Part shown: one piece after another, positions 25,983 to 32,000 of the stretch | Numbering within the stretch: position 1 is the stretch's first letter | Layout: each line of letters opens with the position of its first letter | Assembly (NCBI RefSeq): GCF_000734015.1 | Contig: NZ_CP008796.1 | Coordinates: 1,590,001-1,622,000 of the forward strand | Source of the DNA: Thermodesulfobacterium commune DSM 2178 | Lineage (GTDB): Bacteria; Desulfobacterota; Thermodesulfobacteria; Thermodesulfobacteriales; Thermodesulfobacteriaceae | Length of the DNA stretch: 32,000 nucleotides | Reading direction: 5' to 3' | Notes under the pieces: model-generated | The model's input: only the letters and a program-made list of their open reading frames with translations | Databases searched by the model: none | What the model was told of the DNA's origin: nothing | Position numbers and translations under genes: made by a program

Positions 25983-27782
25983 ATGAGCCAAAAAATTGTT
26001 AAGGCTATAGGGCTTGTTTTTGGAGACATAGGAACAAGTCCTATCTATACCTTACCTGTTATTTTCCTTTTTCTGCCACCCACGAAAGAAAATGTTTTAG
26101 GCGTATTATCCTTGATCTTTTGGACTTTGATTATCATCCCTACCATTCAATACACCGTCTTAGCTATGAGTCTTAGTTTGCGAGGAGAAGGAGGCACTTT
26201 AATTCTTTCTGAGATTTTGCGTACTTTATTAAGAGGTCGTAAGAGATTTTTAGGCTCGGTGGTTTTTTTGTCTTTTATAGGTATTTCCTTTCTTATGGGA
26301 GATGGGGTTATCACCCCTGCCATAAGTATAATGAGTGCTGTAGAAGGAATTTCTTATATCCCTGGGTTAAGACCTTTAGAAAAAACAGAGGTAGTTTTAC
26401 TCAGTGTGTTAATTGCTTTAGGTTTGTTTTATTTTCAGAAAAGAGGGACAGAAAAGGTTTCAGGGGCCTTTGGCCCTATCATGAGCCTTTGGTTTTTAAG
26501 TCTTTTTATCCTTGGTTTTTTAAACTTGTTTTTGAGTCCTGAGGTTATCTTAGCGATAAACCCTTGGTATGCCTTAGAGTTTTTCAAACAAAACGGTTGG
26601 AAGGCCTACTTAATCTTAGGAGAGGTTATCCTTTGTGCTACGGGCAGTGAAGCTATGTATGCTGACATGGGGCATCTTGGGGCAAAACCCATAAAAAGAG
26701 CTTGGTATTTAGTTCTAACAGCCCTGGTGGTGAACTATTTTGGCCAAGGGGCTTTTCTTTTAAGACATCCGGAGTCGAAAAGCATTCTTTTTGAGATGTG
26801 TTTAAATACCTTTGCTTCAGCTTATGTGCCTTTTTTGTGTTTAGCGTTGATGGCAACGGTGATCGCCTCTCAAGCTATGATCAGCTGTATGTTTAGTGTG
26901 GTTTATCAGGCGATGTCTGCCAGATATTTGCCTTTAATGAGAGTAAAGTATACTTCTCCTGAGCTACATTCTCAGATTTACATAGGAACGATCAATTGGT
27001 TTCTTTTCTTAGCCGTGGTTTTTATCATGTTTGAGTTTCAAACCTCTACCAATTTGGCAGCAGCTTACGGTCTTGCAGTTACAGGAAATATGACCATTAC
27101 AGGGATTTTTCTCATCACGATTTTTTATCTTAAAAAACGATATTCTTTTTTATTTCTTGCAGTCTTAACCACCTCTATCACCTTTTTATACTTTACTTCA
27201 ACCCTTTTTAAGCTTCCTCACGGAGGATTTTGGGCTCTGGTACTTGCTGTAATTCCTTTTTCCATAATACTTCTTTATACCCAAGGACAAAAAAGACTAT
27301 ATAAAAGCCTGAGGTTTTTCAATCAGAAAGAATTTGTGACTAATTTTGCTAAATTTTATAAAGAAAATCCTAAAATCCAAGGCAAGGCACTTTACTTTAT
27401 CCGTGACCCTGAACATTTTCCCCCCTACGTTATCGAAAACATCTTTGTTCATGGGATTCTCTATGAAGAAAACATCTTTGTTTCCCTAATAAGAAAAAAC
27501 GAGCCTTATGGTATTACCACCAGTTTTTTAGAAGAAATCTGCCCTGGAGCTAAGGTTTTTGAGATTGCTTACGGTTATATGGAAAGGCTCAAGGTTGAAG
27601 ACATTTTAAAAGAACAGGGTATCAACGAACGGGTAATCTTTTATGGTCTTGAGGATATCGAGACTCAACATCCTGTCTGGAAGGCTTATGCCTTTATCAA
27701 ACAAATCAGCCCCCATTTTGTTAAATTTCTTAATCTTCCTCCTGCTAAACTTCACGGAGTGTTAACCAGAATAGAGCTGTAA
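25983..27782 (+). CDS. kup: KUP/HAK/KT-family potassium transporter
   Basis: 599-aa ORF with the N-terminal GLVFGDIGTSPIYT signature, about 12 TM segments and a cytoplasmic C-terminal domain. Confidence 0.88.
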   Translation: MSQKIVKAIGLVFGDIGTSPIYTLPVIFLFLPPTKENVLGVLSLIFWTLIIIPTIQYTVLAMSLSLRGEGGTLILSEILRTLLRGRKRFLGSVVFLSFIGISFLMGDGVITPAISIMSAVEGISYIPGLRPLEKTEVVLLSVLIALGLFYFQKRGTEKVSGAFGPIMSLWFLSLFILGFLNLFLSPEVILAINPWYALEFFKQNGWKAYLILGEVILCATGSEAMYADMGHLGAKPIKRAWYLVLTALVVNYFGQGAFLLRHPESKSILFEMCLNTFASAYVPFLCLALMATVIASQAMISCMFSVVYQAMSARYLPLMRVKYTSPELHSQIYIGTINWFLFLAVVFIMFEFQTSTNLAAAYGLAVTGNMTITGIFLITIFYLKKRYSFLFLAVLTTSITFLYFTSTLFKLPHGGFWALVLAVIPFSIILLYTQGQKRLYKSLRFFNQKEFVTNFAKFYKENPKIQGKALYFIRDPEHFPPYVIENIFVHGILYEENIFVSLIRKNEPYGITTSFLEEICPGAKVFEIAYGYMERLKVEDILKEQGINERVIFYGLEDIETQHPVWKAYAFIKQISPHFVKFLNLPPAKLHGVLTRIEL

Positions 27783-27786
27783 GCTT

Positions 27787-30459
27787 TTATTCTAAGTCCG
27801 TCTGGGAAGTTAAAAGTTTACTGTTTCTAAAGGTTCTTATCAGGTTTGGATGGTGAGAAGGTACGTTCATCTTTTTTAAATGGCAAACCTCACATTTTAA
27901 GTTTGCACCTATCGGGAGGATATTTCTCTGGTATTGTAAGGGTTGTAGGTTGTCTATAACCATCCCATAAGGGTTAAAAGCTGGATATAATGCGTGGGGA
28001 GAGCCATGACAGACAAGACAAGGTAGTTTTTGTGTGTTATCCTTTCTTACCCGGAAAAGGCCTGAGACATCTTCAGTCCAGTTATTATAACCCTTAGCCT
28101 CTTTAGCTGGTTTTTGAAAGCCTTTATGGCAGTTAAGACAGTCAGGTTGCTGTACCCAGGGCTTCCTTGGTGTTATCTGATCTTTAGGTATTGGGGGGTT
28201 GAGATGAGCAAGCAAAAATTTGGAAGTTTTTGTGTTCGTTCCCTTGAGAAGAGATGTGGCATGAAAATCTATGTTTCCATGACAATCAACACACTCTAAC
28301 CCTAATTTTTTATGAATATCTCTGTAACATTTGGTATTACCTTTAGGATGATCAGGATGACATAAATAACAGGCTTTTTCATCTTTATAGGGCATATAGT
28401 TTGCATGCCATCCATGGATGGCTGCTGAAAAACTATTATAACCCTTTATTCCTTCACTCCCTACGATAAAATCGGCATGACATTTTTGACAGAAAACAGG
28501 TTTCCCTTGAAGAGCAGATTTATAGAAGTTGGTTTGATGGTTTTTATCATGGGCTTTAAGTATGTTAATGGCTGTTTGATCAGAGATACCGGCTACACCA
28601 TTCCATCTTGGGCTTCCTTCATGACACACATAGCAACGGAACTCAGTTGCTACAGGAGAAACGGCTTTGGTGCGCTGTAAAACTTTGCCTGAAACTTTAT
28701 CTACAGCTTCTATCTCAAAAACAGGATAAGGGTTATATGTACCGTCTTTTTTATAAGGTAAAACCGGGATCCCCTTAGCTATAAAAATTTTTCTTTTTTC
28801 ATCCCAATCGAAAGTACCGTTAAGTCCTTTTCCAGTTAAACCTAAATCCTTAGGAACGGTTTGGTTAAAAAATTCTGTAGCATAATCCCAGAAAAGGACA
28901 TGTTTAGAGGGTGTTTTAAAACCAGGTTCAACTTTGTAAACTAATTGAACTTTTGTGTTATCAAGCATTTCAGGTTTAGGCCCTCTCTTAATAACCAAAG
29001 CTTCAAAAGTGCTTCCAGGATATAAGAAACTAAACCATCTGTCTGCATCGGTAACACATTTCATACCCAGAGGACTAAAAACAAAGATGACATACTGGTC
29101 TTTTTGTGGGTCAAAGGTAAAAGGTTGAGTTTTAAGTTCTCTGATAACAGGTTTAAGTTCAGGGGGATTTTCAGGTTTTCTTAAAAGTTCTTTAACAAGA
29201 AATGTAGCAAGAGCTTCTCTCTCTTTTTCTGTACCTATAAATTTAGGCATATAACCAAGAACTTTTCCTTGTCCATATAACTGGGAAACCATTCCAAAGT
29301 AGGTAAACCCCCGGGCTTTTTCAACCACATCGTTTCTTAGCCCTTTTATGGTGTGGCAGGATAGACATTGTAGGTTGAAAATTTCTCTCCCCGCCCAAAT
29401 TTTATTATCTTCTGTAACTTCTTTAACCATAGCCCATCTTGCATGTTTTAAAAAACCTTCGCTGTTAAGTTTCTTTTCCTCCTCAACCCTTATCCCAAAA
29501 GAATAAAGATAACCATATATTACATAAGGTCTTCGTGCATACTCCCTTATATGTTCAAAACTACCTAACCATAGCAACCCTATAAAAAGAAGGAGAAAGG
29601 CTAATACCCTTTGTAAACCAGGATTGACTTTTACTAAAAAAGCAAGAGAAATTAAATAAATAAACGCAGAGGAAACATAAAGAAGTTTTTTAGCCATCAG
29701 AACCTGTCTGTTAAACACAAAGTTAAACACTTTAGATAGTTCTGGGACGGTTAGAAAGTACCAAATACTTGAAAAGAATATAAAGGGAAAGGCTACATAA
29801 AGCCATTTTACGTTATATTTTAAAAGAAAAGATCTTTTATCCTTGGGAGAGAAAAATAGAGTACTAAAAATTCCAAAGATACCTGCTAACATAATAGAGA
29901 TACCTGTTCTGAAAAATAGGCTTGGAAAGCTTGAAGGATTAAAAAAACCGTGCCAAGGATTTCTGGTTTCTAACCATTTTCCAGGAGTTAACATAAAACA
30001 AATAATACCGTTTATGACAAATAAGCTCATCCAGGCAGAGATGGCGTATAGCAGCGCTACCCTAAGACGCAGTTTGTCAGACAATTCATCGAACTTGTAG
30101 TGGTATATCAAAAGAGCTACTATTTCCACAAAGAAAAACACCCATTCTATAGCCCAGAAGAAAACAAACTGATTTATAAGGATTGAGGTAGCCTCAGGGC
30201 TTGCAATCCCTATGATAAACCAAATACCTACTCCAGAAACCCCGCCCAAAACCATCGTGATCAAAAGGAAAAACCAGGTATGTTTACGCACAAATTCTCG
30301 TAAGTCTTGATCGTTGGTCAACACAGAAAGTCTGTCTGTATACCAGAGAAAGATTCCTCCTCCTACGGCAAAATGAGAAATAAAAACATGAAAAACCGCA
30401 ATAATTGCTACCCAAAGCCCAGGATTTATAAAATAAGTTTCCCAAACAGGATAGTTCAT
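27787..30459 (-). CDS. Fusion protein: cytochrome bd subunit-I-like membrane domain + monohaem cytochrome c domain + non-haem domain + heptahaem c module
   Basis: 890-aa ORF. Residues 1-325 are polytopic, with AVFHVFISHFAVGGG, WAIEWVFFFVEIV and EYARRPYVIYGYLYS, which resemble CydA helix-1 His, the acidic helix and the GRQPW-x-YG motif as I recall them. CLSCH sits at aa 365-369 with a downstream MP. Seven further CxxCH sites follow: CYVCH, CQKCH, CYLCH, CVDCH, CLNCH, CLVCH and CEVCH (aa 609-860). Confidence 0.7.
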   Translation of the reverse strand: MNYPVWETYFINPGLWVAIIAVFHVFISHFAVGGGIFLWYTDRLSVLTNDQDLREFVRKHTWFFLLITMVLGGVSGVGIWFIIGIASPEATSILINQFVFFWAIEWVFFFVEIVALLIYHYKFDELSDKLRLRVALLYAISAWMSLFVINGIICFMLTPGKWLETRNPWHGFFNPSSFPSLFFRTGISIMLAGIFGIFSTLFFSPKDKRSFLLKYNVKWLYVAFPFIFFSSIWYFLTVPELSKVFNFVFNRQVLMAKKLLYVSSAFIYLISLAFLVKVNPGLQRVLAFLLLFIGLLWLGSFEHIREYARRPYVIYGYLYSFGIRVEEEKKLNSEGFLKHARWAMVKEVTEDNKIWAGREIFNLQCLSCHTIKGLRNDVVEKARGFTYFGMVSQLYGQGKVLGYMPKFIGTEKEREALATFLVKELLRKPENPPELKPVIRELKTQPFTFDPQKDQYVIFVFSPLGMKCVTDADRWFSFLYPGSTFEALVIKRGPKPEMLDNTKVQLVYKVEPGFKTPSKHVLFWDYATEFFNQTVPKDLGLTGKGLNGTFDWDEKRKIFIAKGIPVLPYKKDGTYNPYPVFEIEAVDKVSGKVLQRTKAVSPVATEFRCYVCHEGSPRWNGVAGISDQTAINILKAHDKNHQTNFYKSALQGKPVFCQKCHADFIVGSEGIKGYNSFSAAIHGWHANYMPYKDEKACYLCHPDHPKGNTKCYRDIHKKLGLECVDCHGNIDFHATSLLKGTNTKTSKFLLAHLNPPIPKDQITPRKPWVQQPDCLNCHKGFQKPAKEAKGYNNWTEDVSGLFRVRKDNTQKLPCLVCHGSPHALYPAFNPYGMVIDNLQPLQYQRNILPIGANLKCEVCHLKKMNVPSHHPNLIRTFRNSKLLTSQTDLE

Positions 30460-31499
30460 ACTTTTCTTCCTTCCTGCTTAGAGAAACTATGTTTTAAAAA
30501 GTAATACACTGTAACAATTCCTAACCCCAAAAACAGTAAAAACAACAAGAAAACATCCATTTGAGGAGAAAATTGCAACAGTTCTGTTTGATAGTAAGAA
30601 GACAACTGAAGGGTTCTTAAGTTAAACCTGTTTACTACCATAAAAATAAGGGTAAGTATAAAAAACGATGTGGTTAGTTTTAAGTGATGCTTTTTACTAA
30701 AATATAGAGAACCGATAACAAAAACAATGCTTAAGTAAAAAAAGAAAGCAACTTTTGGGGCATTGCCTAAAAATAAGCCTCTTATCTCTGAAGGTAGAGA
30801 TAATAGAAAAGCTATTCCTACTCCTATTTGCAACAGGGTTAAGTAAAAAAATAGGTTTAGCCCTTTTATAAGGCATATTTTATCGTTTTTATAATGTCCC
30901 AAAACCCCTAAGCTCAAACCGCTTACAGCCAAAGACCCTGCCAAAAAATGTAGATATTTAAAATATAGATAAGGTATATCTAAGGGCAGATAGGTGCCTT
31001 TTCTATTAGCAAAATAGACGTGCCATTTTTCTGGGTTTTCCAGAAGGGTAAGGTTGCTTACCAAGATAAAGGCTATATAAAGAAGGATAAAAGCCTGAAT
31101 AAAAATAAAAGGTTTAAAAGGCTTTTGAGAAGAACTTTTCTTAGAGATGAGGTAAGAAAGATAGTAGACAAAGATAACAGAAGGGATGATAAGCATCCAA
31201 TGGGTAGCAAGTATGATAGAACTCGTATAAAAAAGAGGTCCGTATACTACCTGAAGGAAAAGAAGGGCAGGGATGGCCATGTTGATAGCTAAGGCAAACA
31301 GAATCGGTTTTTTCTTAAAAAAAAGACGAGCAGTTTCCGGAAGGAAGGTTTCTTTTAACTGTTGGTATGTAAAAAACAGCGACCATCCTAAAATAAGATT
31401 GATAAGCAAGATATGGACGAGAAAAAAGGTATGCTCCAGAAAATTCAAGATTGAAGGATAAAAGGGAAGTTTTTCAGGATAAAAAACCAAACTTTCCAT
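30456..31499 (-). CDS. Polytopic integral membrane protein (about 9-10 TM), unknown function, partner of the bd-like/multihaem fusion
   Basis: 347-aa hydrophobic ORF. Its TGA overlaps the ATG of the downstream 890-aa gene (GTATGA). Several His residues lie in or near predicted helices. I recognise no diagnostic motif. Confidence 0.6.
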   Translation of the reverse strand: MESLVFYPEKLPFYPSILNFLEHTFFLVHILLINLILGWSLFFTYQQLKETFLPETARLFFKKKPILFALAINMAIPALLFLQVVYGPLFYTSSIILATHWMLIIPSVIFVYYLSYLISKKSSSQKPFKPFIFIQAFILLYIAFILVSNLTLLENPEKWHVYFANRKGTYLPLDIPYLYFKYLHFLAGSLAVSGLSLGVLGHYKNDKICLIKGLNLFFYLTLLQIGVGIAFLLSLPSEIRGLFLGNAPKVAFFFYLSIVFVIGSLYFSKKHHLKLTTSFFILTLIFMVVNRFNLRTLQLSSYYQTELLQFSPQMDVFLLFLLFLGLGIVTVYYFLKHSFSKQEGRKV

Positions 31500-31714
31500 A
31501 TAAAAAATTTTAGAAAAAGTTTAAAAATAAGTCAAGAAAAAATCGCAATTGTAGATAGATTTAAAATTAAAAATTTTTTTTATAACATCTTTTTTAAATC
31601 ATTAAAAAAGGAGACACTACCAAAGCTTGCATAGAATTGAAAAAATTAGAAAACAATCCTGATTTACACCAGCAAATAACTCTTCTTAAAGAATTTTGCC
31701 AAAAATAATCACAC

Positions 31715-32000
31715 TTAAAGTTCTTTGATTTCTTCCCAGGATAAAAGATGAACCCCTTTTTCCTGTAATAAATCTATGGTTTTATCTAAGTTGTTAGTCC
31801 TTAAAACCACCACTGCTTTTTCTCCAGATTTTTCTACAAAAGCATAGATATACTCTACGTTTATGTCTGCATCGTAAAGATGTTTAAGTACTCCTGCCAG
31901 TCCTCCAGGTTCATCTTTTATCCCTACGGCAACCACGTTGGTTATCTTAGTGGTAAACCCTGCTTCTTCTAAAACTTTTTTAGCCTCCTCAGGTTGTGGC
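31715..32000 (-). CDS. ACT-domain protein, C-terminal part (ORF continues past the right edge)
   Basis: The track gives 73 aa from a GTG start, but the frame stays open to position 32000 (..PQPEEAKKVLEEAGFTTKITNVVAVGIKDEPGGLAGVLKHL..). The GIKDEPGGLAGVL...INVEYIYAF pattern is typical of small tandem-ACT proteins. Confidence 0.65.
   Translation of the reverse strand, partial: PQPEEAKKVLEEAGFTTKITNVVAVGIKDEPGGLAGVLKHLYDADINVEYIYAFVEKSGEKAVVVLRTNNLDKTIDLLQEKGVHLLSWEEIKEL

Noticed and set aside
31598-31708. Possible small plus-strand ORF in the AT-rich spacer (..KKGDTTKACIELKKLENNPDLHQQITLLKEFCQK)
   Set aside because: It has no ATG or GTG start. The only candidate is an internal TTG without an SD, giving 23 aa. 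The region is more likely the promoter region for the minus-strand membrane-protein operon.
1-32000. CRISPR arrays, tRNA/rRNA genes, prophage or defence islands
   Set aside because: Reading the intergenic regions (all under 220 bp) showed no repeat-spacer periodicity and no tRNA-like cloverleaf. The only mobile-element signature is the IS at the left edge.

Overview
AT-rich bacterial chromosome segment. The strongly GC-rich RNase P RNA and the gene content suggest a thermophilic anaerobe, possibly Thermodesulfobacteriota-like (inference only). Left third (1-9618): a partial IS256-family insertion sequence abuts an [FeFe]-hydrogenase operon. The operon holds a 5'-truncated single-polypeptide hydrogenase, a Desulfovibrio-type Tat-exported HydA/HydB pair, an aspartate ammonia-lyase homologue, hydG, an 86-codon orphan ORF, hydF and hydE. 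Middle (9657-18461, all minus strand): a TauE/SafE-type permease split into two polypeptides. Next comes a tightly packed five-gene operon: DUF485, ActP-like symporter, cNMP/CBS/DUF294 protein, DEDDh exonuclease, CBS/DUF294 protein. engB/ysxC and rnpB follow. Right third: a plus-strand housekeeping run (PfkB-family kinase, tldD, purF, UbiD-family decarboxylase, YfcE-type phosphoesterase, proS, kup). It converges on a minus-strand pair: a polytopic membrane protein and an 890-aa fusion of a cytochrome bd subunit-I-like domain with eight c-type haem sites. A partial ACT-domain gene lies at the right edge. Best candidates for uncharacterised biology: (1) the ActP/DUF294/exonuclease operon, where the cNMP-sensing paralogue has lost the nucleotidyltransferase DxD and the sensor-less paralogue keeps it; (2) the bd-like/octahaem fusion with its membrane partner; (3) oddities in the hyd cluster (IS-decapitated hydrogenase with TSCSP in place of TSCCP, aspartase homologue, orphan small ORF, HydG with shifted cysteine spacing). 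I saw no CRISPR array and no tRNA or rRNA gene.
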